Positions 51,218 to 63,055 are shown, counted from the first letter of the stretch. The stretch is 64,000 nucleotides of DNA from an uncultured virus (IMG/VR IMGVR_UViG_3300031760_000037) (IMGVR_UViG_3300031760_000037), one strand, 5' to 3'. The notes: generated from the letters alone by a model not told the origin. A program made the numbers and translations.

Positions 51218-52182
51218 TACTGTTTATGATAATAATCAACAACTAAACCTATGTATTCTCAAACAGCTTTAGCTTGGTCTCATTTAAACTTTCAACTCTT
51301 ATCAATGTCTGATACAAGCTGATTTAATTGAGTAGCTTCATCTTCTCCTCAAACCATAGTTCCTATTGAGTTAAATAATTTCTCAGCTGAGTCAAAATTA
51401 TTAAATCAAACTTTCTGTGCCATTTCTTTCCAAACAATACTTTCATCAACAGATGCAACAACTTCTCATTCTTCAGCATCAGCATCTTCAACAACAAGTT
51501 TAATCCATGTTCATAAGTTCATATCAGTTGTATCATTAATACAAGCGAACCTTGATTTAACTGGTGCAAGTGGTGAGTCGTTTATTTCAACTACTCTCTC
51601 TCAACCAGGAAGTTTAGTTATTCTAGCAACAACGTCAAAGTAATATGATAACTTTGATTTTAATGATCAGTCTACATTCGGTATATATTTTATAATACCT
51701 CAGTCTTTATCTTTCTCATATCATTCTTGACATATTACAATTACATGTTTATTCAAGTCTCTAATCTGAATAACCACGTCCTTTAATTCATCTGCTAATA
51801 CTCACCACGATTGCATATCAAGGAACCTCTTTTCTCATTTCAAATCTCTTCTAAGATTATCTGAGATTTCTGTCAATGAGTCTATAATGATAACGTCGTA
51901 TGGTTGAGTTAGTTTCTCTAACACACCAGGCTTTCTAAGTTCCTTAATTTGTTCAGCCTTAGTAATTTGTAGAACCTCAGGATCTTTGTCTGATACTTCA
52001 TGTGTCCATCAATTAGGCTGTCCTTTTCTAATAGAAGCTAATCAACCTTCTGCTGATATGAATAAAGTTCTGAAGTCTTTCATAGCTGTTCATCAGAATG
52101 ATGTCTTTCAGCATCATGAATCTCAAAAAATTAAAGCTTTAATCTTCTGGTCTTTGTTTGTAAATGTTTTAATCTCTAACAT
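51217..52182 (-). CDS. AAA_24 / Sak4-like phage ATPase-recombinase (321 aa)
   Basis: KALIFGDSGCGKT, ISAEGG, VIIIDSLTE, YFDVVA, VKSRF. Confidence 0.85.
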
Positions 52183-52207
52183 GTTTAATAATAATTAATG
52201 AATAAAA

Positions 52208-52519
52208 TTAAATCTTTCAAATGTTATGCATTACGTCGTAGGTATATTTCCATATTTTTTCTACAACTCTTTTAAGTTCTTTACTATCTTCTAATATATC
52301 TGGTCGCTTATCACAAAGTCTTGTGTCTCAATCATCAACTAGAAAATAATAACAAACTTTACCTTCAAGCCATTGCCACTCAAGTCTGTTATGAGTGAAC
52401 GCTCGTATGAATGTATTAAAGTTTAATGCATCTTTTGTAAAGCAATTAGGTGCATCAGCTTTATCAGTCCATTCAAATGAAGGCACGCTTCATTCTTTAG
52501 TAATAGCCAATACGTCCAT
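52208..52519 (-). CDS. Hypothetical protein (103 aa)
   Basis: Open with recoding. Confidence 0.6.
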
Positions 52520-52546
52520 GTAGATGTATATAATAATATAAAAGAC

Positions 52547-52605
52547 GAAGGCAACAGATATATAGATAGGACACTACACAAAACCTATCTGGCTCTGTTA
52601 CCTTC
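52547..52605 (-). promoter_or_regulatory. Long interrupted intergenic hairpin
   Basis: gaaggcaacaga/tctgttaccttc plus agatagg/cctatct; the plus-strand mismatch becomes G-U on the minus strand. Confidence 0.5.
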
Positions 52606-52619
52606 AAGTCCAAACTGCA

Positions 52620-52931
52620 TTAATATTCTCTACTAATCCAGTAGGACAACCAAACTAAATCTTCCATACTCTCCAGTATTTCATTTTTGTCTGGTGCTCT
52701 GTGAACTAATATTTTAGGATAATTCACAAACAATTCTAATTGGAACGTGAAGTCCGAACTATTCATTCTTATCGTATCTGTATCTTCATTCAACTCTTTA
52801 TCAAGATACATAAACCTTGTGCATACATAGAATGTAGATAATCGTATCCATTGTCTCCATTCACCAATAGTTGGATCACGTCCTTTGATATGTTTCTCAT
52901 ACCAATAGTTAGTATATTCTCTAAGCTTCAT
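52620..52931 (-). CDS. Hypothetical protein (103 aa)
   Basis: Intact track ORF on the coding strand. Confidence 0.65.
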   Translation of the reverse strand: MKLREYTNYWYEKHIKGRDPTIGEWRQWIRLSTFYVCTRFMYLDKELNEDTDTIRMNSSDFTFQLELFVNYPKILVHRAPDKNEILESMEDLVWLSYWISREY

Positions 52932-52965
52932 CTCAAGGTATCTAAATGATATAAATAAGTTTTAA

Positions 52966-53406
52966 TTATTCAAGAGTTTTTTCAATAAATGAAGCAAACT
53001 TATCAGCCATGTTAATATAACTTGCCTGAACTTCTATCATCTTCTTGACTATTCATTGTGTTCAAACACAATCAAAATCATAATCTTCATCAAGTATAGT
53101 CCATATATAATTGTTTCACTTTCAACAATTGAAAGCTCACTTCCAAATCATATACCAGTCTGAGTCTGGTTCTCATATCATATGAAAACAAACTGGCATA
53201 TTTAATATGTCTGCTATATCATTCATAATAGATTCAAGTTCATATTCTCTATCTATTCAAAAATTTTCATTTTCACTATATCAATGTTCCTTGAGATACT
53301 CATCAACATATGTGAGTATCTCTTCTTCAGTATATGGTCTTGCGTTTTGTGCAAGTATAATATGAGTCAATTCCTCATGGTCAATATGTTTATTATTTAT
53401 CTTCAT
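52966..53406 (-). CDS. Acidic hypothetical protein (146 aa)
   Basis: MKINNKHIDHEEL...; open with recoding. Confidence 0.65.
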
Positions 53407-54058
53407 GTTCTTGATTATTATTATCTAAATTTTCTTCACACCATATACATTTTGTGTGTTCATCATCTAACCAATCATCTTCGTTTTCATCATCACAAAG
53501 TGCTCAGCATGTCGGACATTCTTTACTATGTCAATAAAACGGATCATCATATTCTACTTCTGATTCAAGTTCTCATTTACTATAATTGTAAATTCAACTG
53601 AAACACATTCAAGGTTCTTCAAAACAATATTCAATATCGCAATCAAAAACTTCAGACAACTTCTTAACTACTGGTGATTCTGGTCACCACGGTGTTCGTC
53701 AAAATAAACAACAGCTTTGAACTTCACTACCGTTATCTTCCCGTTCAAGATATATATCACACAGTCACCATTTTTGTCACCAGTTTTCAATTTGCCAATG
53801 ATACCATAATTGTTTATATGGATACTCTTCTCTAAAACTTTTAAACTTTCAATCGTGTTCTTTAGCATATTTACTTTCAACCTCATTACATTTATGTTCA
53901 AGTTCTAAATCTTCAAGAACATGTTTAGGATATGGTATAAGTTTCTCAGCAATACCATTATTATTTTGATTCTGGTCTAACACTCGGTTAGATAATTTAT
54001 GAACATTTTCTTTTGAAATATTTCTTATGTTCATAATAAAACTACAATTGTTGCACAT
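53393..54058 (-). CDS. DUF1281/Api92-like protein with C-terminal Zn ribbon (221 aa)
   Basis: MCNNC...WYHWQIENWGQKWG...TPWGP...FEEPGMCFSG, then CPTC/CIWC. Confidence 0.7.
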
Positions 54059-54060
54059 AT

Positions 54061-54408
54061 TTATAATACATTAGGAATTAAATCTTTATCTCTTAAATAA
54101 CATAATCGGTATTTGAGTTTTATATATTCATCTTTATTTTCAAGCTCTGGATGTTCATCCATATAACTTGAATATGTATAATACTCTCATTTTGATTCGT
54201 AACATAAATCATTATACCGTCTTCATTCTATATCATTTCGGTCACAATATATATGTCGCATGAGTTCTCAATACTCATCCTTCATTCATACTCACATGAA
54301 GTTTTGATTATCAAAACAATCTTTAATAAAATCTGCAAGCCTGATGATCACGTCTCCACATGTTGTTAGTACATCAGTCTTAACTCTAACTAGTTCTAAT
54401 GTTGGCAT
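54061..54408 (-). CDS. Hypothetical protein (115 aa)
   Basis: Open with recoding; start coupled to the upstream stop. Confidence 0.6.
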
Positions 54409-54650
54409 TATTCATCTTCGCTATCATCTAAAACATAACCGTCTCGGTTCTCTTTCATATAATCTTCAAAGTCTTGTTCAAGGTCGTAGTAATCAAGTAT
54501 ATCTTCTATTCAAGTTTCTACTCAATACATGTCTGTTGCGAACTGAAGTACCTCTCCAGGTACTCAAGTTCATCACATAAAATCTTCAACCAATAGCCAA
54601 TTGTTATTTGCAAGTGGATCAAAGTATTGTTCACTAATCGGTAGTCTCAT
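54408..54650 (-). CDS. Acidic hypothetical protein (80 aa)
   Basis: MRLPISEQYFD... Confidence 0.6.
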
Positions 54651-55011
54651 CTTCATCATCTAACTCATATAAAATTTCATCTATCCAATCTTCCACGTCA
54701 CTGAAGTCACGTGGATAAATTGTTCAGTCTACATCATCAATATGATACCAATCATAATCTCAATCAACTTCACTCAATCTATTCTTGAGTGTAAGTATTC
54801 ACCAGTCTTGAAGTGTTTGTTTTATAAACTCTTCTATTCAGTCTGATGTCTCATAATAGTATGTATATGAGTCTAACTCATAATCATTGTCTGAGTTATA
54901 ATCACATATATCTGACATTGCATCAGATATAATACTGTCTAAATCACAGTATGAATTTTTCAAAGCTGACTTATAGTCACGTAGCTTTTCTATTAATTCT
55001 TGTTTATTCAT
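54634..55011 (-). CDS. Very acidic hypothetical protein (125 aa)
   Basis: MNKQELIEKL...; D/E/Y-rich. Confidence 0.65.
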
Positions 55012-55288
55012 CGTCTTCTGTAATACAATTTAAAACTCAATCACAATATAATTGTAATATGTATCTATTAAATGTGCTAATAATAAGATTAGCATTATGT
55101 GGATCTGCATGTGCAAGTGCATGTCCTAAAGCATTCAAGAATGAACCTCAATATTTAATCCGTGCTTCTTGTATATCATAACGGCTAAATCTAAGTTCAT
55201 CTCTTTCTCATTCTTCATTCTCATATGAGAACACAGCTTCTTCTAATAAGTTAGAATAAGATAAATAACTATATAATTTTTCAATCAT
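55004..55288 (-). CDS. Conserved phage hypothetical protein (94 aa)
   Basis: KYGGSFLNALGHALAHADPHN motif. Confidence 0.7.
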
Positions 55289-55335
55289 ATTATTTTATGT
55301 TATCAAAATAAACCATAATCTTTAAAGGTCCTTTA

Positions 55336-55839
55336 TTACCCCTTGTTTGTTCATTCTGTTTCTTCCTTATGTAAAATAAAAGATTTATCAACAGGTATCT
55401 TCTTCATTACAACCTCTGTATAAAAGTCATAGTTATATGCCTTCCAGGTATAATCTGGATATTTGTAATCTTTGCTATAATCTCATTTATCATGTCTTTG
55501 TCTATTATAAGTTTCAAAACAATCAGTTGTAAATACAAAGTTTCAATATCTAAATTCAGAACATTCATCCCGATTTATACTTCCACAATCTTTTAATTCA
55601 TCTGAAAAATAATATTGCATTAGTTCAATAAAACTTTTTTTTGCTTTATTATAATCAGAATAAACTTCTGTAAAATTATTTCAGTCATTCTCATCATATA
55701 CTTGAACAGCATATATATATTCTATTCATTTCTTTTGTATCAAGTTATCTACATGTTTAACTATTTTATTTAGTTCATCATGTATTAATGTATCAGCATC
55801 ACTGATAGGTTTTAATTCTGTATTATTATATTGTAACAT
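55336..55839 (-). CDS. Hypothetical protein (167 aa)
   Basis: Open with recoding. Confidence 0.65.
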
Positions 55840-55840
55840 T

Positions 55841-56314
55841 TTATTCTAATCAATAAAAAGATAAAAGGTCATCGGCGAAACTACTACCGAAGTCTCGTGA
55901 GTAATGCTCTCCTCACCAATATAAATGAAGTTCTGCTGTTCAATCTATTTCCCGAAATACACCTGGTCAACCTATTGTAATTGTCAATTTATATATTGCA
56001 TCATCTCTATCTAAGATTTCAGATGAGTCATACGGATCAACCTTCATTCGTTTCTCAATAGATAACAACTCATAGTAATTATCTATTGCTTCGTTGATTC
56101 AGTCTCGATCTGTATTATATTCATCAACAACTTTACTTCAGTCTTCATATTCATTGTCTTCTTCATATACAACAAATTTTTCTACCTCATCTTCTCATAA
56201 AATTTCTTTAGCAATCTCAATACGTTCAACACTTTCTGGTGTCTCAGTATAATAATCATGCCATAATAATCGTGACTTTTTTTCACGTTCAAAATACTCT
56301 TGTGTACTACTCAT
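55841..56314 (-). CDS. Acidic hypothetical protein (157 aa)
   Basis: ...ITIGGPGVF-W(CGG)...LYWGG motif. Confidence 0.65.
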
Positions 56315-56648
56315 CTTTTTCTTTATTAAGATTTAAAACTTTGTTCTTAAAATGTTTATAAACAATTTCTAATCATAAAATGTAATCGCGAACTTCTTCG
56401 TCGCTATCAAACATTATATCATCTTCAAGTTCATTAATCAAAACAATAGCTCATAATGTATCATCGTAATAGCTTAAGTATAAAGCTCATTCACCTTCTC
56501 AAGCATACGATACAAGTTCTTCAATATAAAAATCCATATTACCTTCAGTAGCCTTTTCAATAATATCAACAATTTTTGTTTGACTAATTCTTGTCGGATA
56601 ATGAAAGTCTTGATCGGTGATTACATTAAATAATTTTTCTTCGTTCAT
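56307..56648 (-). CDS. Acidic hypothetical protein (113 aa)
   Basis: Open with recoding. Confidence 0.65.
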
Positions 56649-56700
56649 GTGAATATATAATAAAAATAAAAAAGGCGAAACTAAAATTGCCTCGCCTTAT

Positions 56701-56730
56701 GGAAGTTTAAAATAAATATTTAATCAGGGG
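56701..56730 (-). promoter_or_regulatory. Bipartite motif CCCCTG-N21-TCC (copy 1)
   Basis: One of four copies upstream of minus-strand gene blocks. Confidence 0.55.
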
Positions 56731-56824
56731 ATTTCTGTTACATAACTTCTTCTCTGATTAGTATGAACACTATTAATAATAGCATTCAGATAATTAATCT
56801 TATGAGTCGTTTGTTGCTCATCAA

Positions 56825-57370
56825 TTAATTTACAGTTGAATAAAATGCATTAGCAATACAGTTATAGTTTTTTAATAACCATACATTAAATTTTCATTCT
56901 TGTTTAGAATGATTCAACTTCATAAATTTATCATACTGTTTATCTTCTTTAAGTCAATCAATAAACTGTTCATACAATGTATCTTCTATCTCTCGGTAGT
57001 TACCTTTATGTCAATTCCAGTGTAGAACTGGATCACTCCAGTCTCAATTATATTCCATGTATATTCCTGGAACTCATCTCCAGTTTGAGAATAGTTGAAG
57101 GACAAGTGTTGATAACCCTCAACTACTTAAGTCCATATCATAACAATAGTTACCATTAATCCATACCTCTATAACTTTGTTATGTCTATAAAGCATAATA
57201 TTATAAATTCCAAATGAAGTAGTAACTTCTAAATCTATCTTCATTTCTCAAGATTGAAATTCGTCTGATTCAATCTTATCTAATAACCATTGTGATACTT
57301 CAGGTACTGTATTAACATAATCTGTAGATATATCTACACGTCTTAAAAGTTCATAAGTAAATAGGTCCAT
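56825..57370 (-). CDS. Hypothetical protein (181 aa)
   Basis: ...WRGVPGIYMEYNGDWSDPVL... motif. Confidence 0.65.
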
Positions 57371-57396
57371 GTTTAATAATTGTTTAAAATATAAAA

Positions 57397-57654
57397 TTAA
57401 TATGAAGCTTCTTTTAATTCAAGCCTAAATTTCTCTAGTCTTTTTACAATCCTTAGATACATTCCTTCAAATAATTCTCGTCTAAGTTTTAATTGATCAT
57501 CATATGAAAGCGTACCGCATTGTTCTTTAGCATACTCAAATCTTTCATCAAGTACTTTGAGTAACCCGCGGATACAATCGTCCGCAAGTTCTCATCAGTC
57601 TCAGTTATTTCATATAGCTATTTTTAAGAATTCTATTTCTTGTTCTTTAGTCAT
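57397..57654 (-). CDS. Hypothetical protein (85 aa)
   Basis: Open with recoding. Confidence 0.6.
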
Positions 57655-57679
57655 GTCTATCAAAATAATTATATAAAAG

Positions 57680-57970
57680 TTATCATTCATATGTAGGATA
57701 ATCATCTACATATTTATCAAGTATTTCTGTAATATCAAAATATATTTCATCATCAAATTCTTCATATCATTCTCATCACCATTCCATTTTAGATTTTGTA
57801 TGATTCATATATTGTTTACAGCATCTCCATAAAGTTCATCAGTGGTCAAGCCACGATTTAACTTCTGTCGTTTCAATATAATCTTGTGCTTCGTATATAA
57901 CAATTCTATATACTACAGATGATGCTGAATCTTGATGAGTTCAGCAATAAAATATTAAATCTTTTTGCAT
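57680..57970 (-). CDS. Acidic hypothetical protein (96 aa)
   Basis: Open with recoding. Confidence 0.6.
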
Positions 57971-57971
57971 G

Positions 57972-58313
57972 TTATCAATTAAAGTTATGAACTAAATCTT
58001 TTGCTTCTTCACTCTTGACATCATCAGCACTGATATCAAGTCAAGAACAAAAAGCATTTACATAAATACTATCTATTAATTTTTCTTTGTCGTCTTCATC
58101 ATCCACATTATGATTTATTATATATCTAAATATCTCTCGGATGATTGAGTTAGTATAATCAGATGTTCTTATTTGTTTATCTTGAAGACTCTCAAAGAAA
58201 TATGTTAGATCTAATTCAGAACAATCTACGTCTCGTTCTTCAATTAAATCATCTATATATTTTTGATCAAGTACAGGTATGATCAAGTCTCAATAAGTTA
58301 TTATTCATTTCAT
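57972..58313 (-). CDS. Acidic hypothetical protein (113 aa)
   Basis: Track ORF 58041-58286 extended at both ends through TGA. Confidence 0.7.
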
Positions 58314-58633
58314 TATTTTCTGTATTTTAATTCAGTTAAAATCACCTCATCACTTTTTGGTGTTAATTGCAAATCTTTTTCTTCAATATATTTTAATGTT
58401 GCAAATAAAAGTATTTCCATAAAAGATTTTGAATTTGCCGATTCTTTACACGCATCACGGAATGCTAACAACATTGTTATTCATTCGCGTGGGTTGTTTA
58501 AAATATTTGGTATTATTTTTTCTTCAAATATTTTTTGAACTTTTTCACTGTCAAATTCTTCTGTATCTCACAAGAACATGTTATACACTCCTGCAAGTTC
58601 TTCTGCTGTTTTTAACATTTTTTTACTAGTCAT
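58313..58633 (-). CDS. Hypothetical protein (106 aa)
   Basis: Open with recoding; stop coupled to the next start. Confidence 0.65.
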
Positions 58634-58653
58634 GTTTATAATATAATTAAGAA

Positions 58654-58911
58654 TTAAATATGAGATTTAGGTTCTCGTTCCCGTTCTGGATCATCAGTTG
58701 ATTTCTTTTGAAGTCAATCATAATCCAGATGCTGAGAATAAAAGTCAATAGTATACCATTCTGTTCATGCTGAATCACAATCATCACATGTCCAATCATA
58801 GTATAAGTTATCTCATTCAACAGCTGACGCTGAATAAGTTAAGTTTTCACCTCAACATACAGGACATTCTCCTTGTAGGTCAAAGCTGTTTCTGTCTAAT
58901 CTAATGCTCAT
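58654..58911 (-). CDS. Zn-ribbon protein (85 aa)
   Basis: GECPVCGGENLTY...WTCDDCDSAGTEWY. Confidence 0.75.
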
Positions 58912-58912
58912 C

Positions 58913-59143
58913 TTAAAGTGGTATAGAATTAAAAACTTTTTTTATTTCTTGTAATTTGTTTTCAAATGTGATATCATTCCGTCTACTCTTTACAAGTCCT
59001 TCAACGATATCATCAAAAGTAATCTCTCCGTTTATAAACATATTCTTTACAAACTCTTCCATTTGTTCTGCTGTATATCCTTCATCATACAGCTTTCTAA
59101 GTTCGTGTCTTATAAACACTTTCTTTTTTTCTTCTTGTTTCAT
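58913..59143 (-). CDS. Hypothetical protein (76 aa)
   Basis: Intact track ORF on the coding strand. Confidence 0.7.
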   Translation of the reverse strand: MKQEEKKKVFIRHELRKLYDEGYTAEQMEEFVKNMFINGEITFDDIVEGLVKSRRNDITFENKLQEIKKVFNSIPL

Positions 59144-59161
59144 TTTGTATAATTTATAAAT

Positions 59162-59389
59162 CTAAAAGTTTTCATTAATAAATTTAGTTACTCGTTGCTT
59201 AGCATCTTCTAAAGATTCAAAGTCTTTTGGTGCTTCGCAATCTCCTTCTGGAAAATACAAGTTTGGATTATACACATACACTCTATACTCTCGTGTCTCT
59301 GGTTCATAATCCATAAGCATTGGTTCTATTGTAAACTTCCAATGTCTATACCATGCTGTATAATTTCATCATTCTTCTGTTCGTTCCAT
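59162..59389 (-). CDS. Hypothetical protein (75 aa)
   Basis: ...FESLEDAKQ-W(CGA)-V. Confidence 0.6.
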
Positions 59390-59391
59390 GT

Positions 59392-60225
59392 TTATCATCT
59401 TAAAGATTTAAAAGTAATTTTATTCTTATCAAAATAAGAATGCACTCGTCAATAAACCTCATTAGGTGTATATCACCACGGTCCTTTTCTAGCACCGTCA
59501 ACACCTAATCAAATTTCTTTTAAGTTAAGATTGAATGTCCAGTCTGAAGTCAATTCTGTTTCAACTCATCACGCTCATTCATATGGACTAAATAAATATA
59601 TAGCACTTCATTCTTTAACAGTCAATCTTCTAGCTTTCATAATCTCAATCATGTCGTGAAGGTTTCAATTATAATGTATGCATATTCATAATTGTCACCA
59701 CGCTCAATCATATATCTCTCTCATATGAGTTGAACGTTCAGTCCGTCATTGAGATTTCTTAAGTGATCTAAAATATTTTAAAGGATATCTATGCCTATCA
59801 TATATATCATCAGGTATCCACATTGTCTTTTCAGGATCAGTCAATAAATAAAAGTTATAAGTTATCCTATTAAAATGTTCTATGTTTGCATCAAACTTGT
59901 CGCAATCATACATTGCTTCTCGTAATGCTGAATGCAAATCTTCTTCGTCTTCAAGTTCAGGATGTTCATCTACGAATGGTTCAAAGAATGTTCTATAGAA
60001 TTGGTCTTGCTCATACTGGTCATACCAATCTTTACAACATATGAAATCATATACGTATGATTCTGGATCAAGATAAGTTCATTCGTTGATTTGTTCTTCA
60101 ACATAATCCAGTAACTTTCTTACTGTATCATCTTGAAAATAATCATCATAGTCTCGGTATAGAATAAGCTTATCCTGCTTCTCCATTCGTTCTTTACAGA
60201 TAGATTTTAATTCTTCTCGTTTCAT
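59392..60225 (-). CDS. Hypothetical protein (277 aa)
   Basis: Contains track ORF 59746-59937 in frame. Confidence 0.7.
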
Positions 60226-60536
60226 TTTATTGCATTGTTATAATCTAAAACTAGGCGCTCAACGCCATGTGGTATTCATAGCATACGGATTCACCACTCT
60301 TCCCGTATGTTTACGTCGGAAGTTTCTGTATCTCATTTAGTAAAATAAAGATATCCGTCAAACGTATCCCGACTAACGTCGTCTGGATATTCAACTACCA
60401 ATACTGATAAGTATGGATAGTCTTCTTCATCAAAGTAACGCTTGATGTAGCGTACCATTGGTCTGAAGTATTCTTCAGTCCAATCAAGCACTGTCTCAAC
60501 CGTGTGCTTGTTCATTAAAATCTGTAGTGTCTTCAT
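60207..60536 (-). CDS. Hypothetical protein (109 aa)
   Basis: Track ORF 60333 extended through TGA. Confidence 0.65.
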
Positions 60537-60578
60537 GTATAATACATTAAAATAAATAAAATGAATAATACACTTATT

Positions 60579-60609
60579 GGAAACTTAGTATGAAATAAAT
60601 AACCAGGGG
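60579..60609 (-). promoter_or_regulatory. Bipartite motif CCCCTG-N22-TCC (copy 2)
   Basis: Plus-strand gga 60579-60581 and cagggg 60604-60609. Confidence 0.55.
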
Positions 60610-60610
60610 G

Positions 60611-60685
60611 ACTAGGTATGAACGCCTGGTCTGTTCGGTCTTGTACTAGGTATGAACGCCTGGTCTGTTTAGTCTTGTACCAGGT
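60611..60685. repeat. GC-rich 34-bp tandem repeat, two copies plus a partial third
   Basis: ACTAGGTATGAACGCCTGGTCTGTT(CG/TA)GTCTTGT at 60611-60644 and 60645-60678, then ACCAGGT. Confidence 0.9.
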
Positions 60686-60698
60686 CGTATGTTTAGAA

Positions 60699-60733
60699 TA
60701 AAAAAAAGAGTATCACGTTTGTGATACTCTTTC
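60699..60733 (-). terminator. Intrinsic terminator
   Basis: aaaaaaaagagtatcac-gttt-gtgatactcttt. Confidence 0.85.
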
Positions 60734-60739
60734 AAAGGT

Positions 60740-61678
60740 TTATCTGTTTCTAATGTTAAACGTTGATGGGTTTATCTCATATCCATAAATGTCTGAAAGA
60801 CATACAACCATATTTGGTTCTCGTGCACCAGATGTCTCAGGTGAACTAGTTGCATAACGCATACCATTATCATTAGCTTCTTCACAGTGATGCCAATTAG
60901 ATAAGCAACCTAACGTTTGTTTCTTTCATAAGTTCTTATTAACTAATGTTCTACCTATTGCATCTAAACTTGCTCATAGATTTGAATATGATTGTCACCT
61001 TGGATTACTATCTGTGTTTCAAACATTTCAGATGTTCTTAACTCAAGCTCAGTTCTTTCCTCACGAAGTCTCAGCTATTGTTATGCATCATATTACTCAT
61101 TCAGTAATACCATAATGTTCTTCAACTTCTCGTATTACTTTAGGATCAAGTCAATAGTCTGACATTAATTCTTTAAATCTTTCGTGAGATGTAGTTCAAG
61201 TTAACTCTGGCATCTCTTGGTTTGAACCGTCTTCAGTTAGCTTTCCTGGATACCATTCAGTTTCAGGGAATGGTCAATCGTATTCGCATCAAGCTCAAGC
61301 AACTAAACCTATGAATCATTCTTTAGTTTGAATTCATAATTTTATATTCTCAAGTTCTTGTTCAATCAATGCATCGCATTGTGTCTTAGGTTCTTCTGTT
61401 TCTTTTCATAAAATATTATTGATGAAAATCTCAGTCGCTTCTTCATTTAATCTTATAGCTTCTGAGTTTAAATAAAAGTATTCCATTTCACGTTCATAAA
61501 TTTCTCAAGATAATACTTCTTGTCTTTCAGTAATATAGGCAAGCCTTGTAGATATCTCATCAAGCTTTTGTAAATCAAGTTGTCTAGTAATAGGTTTGTT
61601 AGTTAGTAATCATCAGATGATGTATCAAGCGATAGCTAATACGATAAGTGATAGAATAATTTTAATAGTTTGTTTCAT
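60740..61678 (-). CDS. Membrane-anchored lysozyme-like (glucosaminidase-type) hydrolase (312 aa)
   Basis: N-terminal TM, coiled coil, then CITIAETSGG...KNIGNVGNTD...RYATS...W(CGA). Confidence 0.65.
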
Positions 61679-61724
61679 AGTTTATAAGTATAAATAATAA
61701 AAGATAGGGGAAGGGGGAAGACAA

Positions 61725-62054
61725 CTAATTGTTGTCTTCTTCATCCTCAAGCATAAAACAATCATTCCATTTTTCAAGGATAGATTGCATATCTGATTTG
61801 TTTCAGAACAAATCATCAAAGCTGATATTGAATGCTTCATATTCAGCTCTGTCTTTCTCATAGATTGCTTCACAGTTTACACGGAAGTCTTCTCTCATTA
61901 GTTCATTTGGTCTGTGATTATTTAAATAAGTCATCACTTGCCAATAGAACTTTCACTTTAATCACTCTCTGTAATTTATACGATAGCATTCTCTATCGTA
62001 TTCATAGTCCTCCATATTAGGAACTATAACGTCTTCGTCGTAGATGGTTGGCAT
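61725..62054 (-). CDS. Acidic hypothetical protein (109 aa)
   Basis: MPTIYDEDVIV... Confidence 0.65.
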
Positions 62055-62064
62055 TTTGCTGTAA

Positions 62065-62271
62065 TTAATCACAAATAAAAAAGTCACTTGTATCAAACAA
62101 GTCATAAAGTTCTGGATGTCTGTTAAGATTAGATAATATGTATTCTTCTAATCTAACAATCTTGCAATCCAATTCTCACAAGTCATCAAGTGCTTGTCAC
62201 TTCCTTTCTTTTAGAAGTTCTGCGTGTGCCTGGAAACTAAGTTCTAGGTCTTTGAAAAAGTTCTCTGACAT
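62065..62271 (-). CDS. Hypothetical protein (68 aa)
   Basis: MSENFFKDLEL... Confidence 0.6.
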
Positions 62272-62310
62272 TTTAATTGTTGGTAAATAAATATAAAATA
62301 ACCGAAGCTA

Positions 62311-62655
62311 CTATTCGGTAGCTTCAGTATTAGTCTTAATATAAAAACAATCCCGTCAATCTATGTCTCAAGTGATAACACACTCTGGTATATTATCTTT
62401 AATCCATAGCTTGGCTTCTCTTGTGCTATCAAAACACATTATAAAATCATTGTCAATGATGATAGCTTCGTGGCCTGGAAGTCTTCCAAAGATTTCACTA
62501 TCTGGTATCTCTGGATGATTCTCAGATAAATCACAGAACGGTCAATATTCTGCTGGATCAGTATCTACCAATCAGAAGTAGGTTCTGTTGTTGTTTACGT
62601 AATTTGATTTGAACAGTTCTAAAATGTACTCTTTATTAAAAGCTTCTAGTTTCAT
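62311..62655 (-). CDS. Hypothetical protein (114 aa)
   Basis: MKLEAFNKEY...CFDSTREAKLWI... Confidence 0.6.
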
Positions 62656-62732
62656 TTGTAGTGTTTTAAGATGATAATAAAAAGTCCGCTTATCGTTACG
62701 GGATAACCGATTATTTTCTACGGACATTAAAC

Positions 62733-62763
62733 GGATGATTAAAAATTAAAAGCTATCCAGGGG
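62733..62763 (-). promoter_or_regulatory. Bipartite motif CCCCTG-N22-TCC (copy 3)
   Basis: Plus-strand gga 62733-62735 and cagggg 62758-62763, just after a terminator. Confidence 0.55.
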
Positions 62764-62775
62764 ATAAGGTTCATT

Positions 62776-62807
62776 AAAAAAAAGAGAATGATTATTACCA
62801 TTCTCTT
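62776..62807 (-). terminator. Intrinsic terminator
   Basis: aaaaaaaagagaatg-attattac-cattctctt. Confidence 0.7.
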
Positions 62808-63022
62808 ATATAAGTATTGATAAGATAATCATATTCACATTGAGTGAATGGATTATCCTGTGCTCTGCATTTTATAATTGTAGAATAGATTTCTCCAAAT
62901 CATTCCTTTCTTTGATACACAACGTCATAATAATATATATCATTGTGTTCATAAAATCTAATCTTTATGTATCAACTATTACAGTTTCACATAAAAGATT
63001 TAATAAGTCTAGTGTTTTTCAA
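62795..63022 (-). CDS. Hypothetical protein (~75 aa, TTG start)
   Basis: Open with recoding; start uncertain. Confidence 0.4.
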
Positions 63023-63055
63023 AATAATATTATTAGATAATAAAAGTGTGAATAG

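Noticed and set aside
60611..60685. Possible mini-CRISPR array with Cas4 nearby
   Set aside because: Repeats are directly adjacent with no spacers; stand-alone Cas4-like nucleases are common in phages and no other cas genes are seen.
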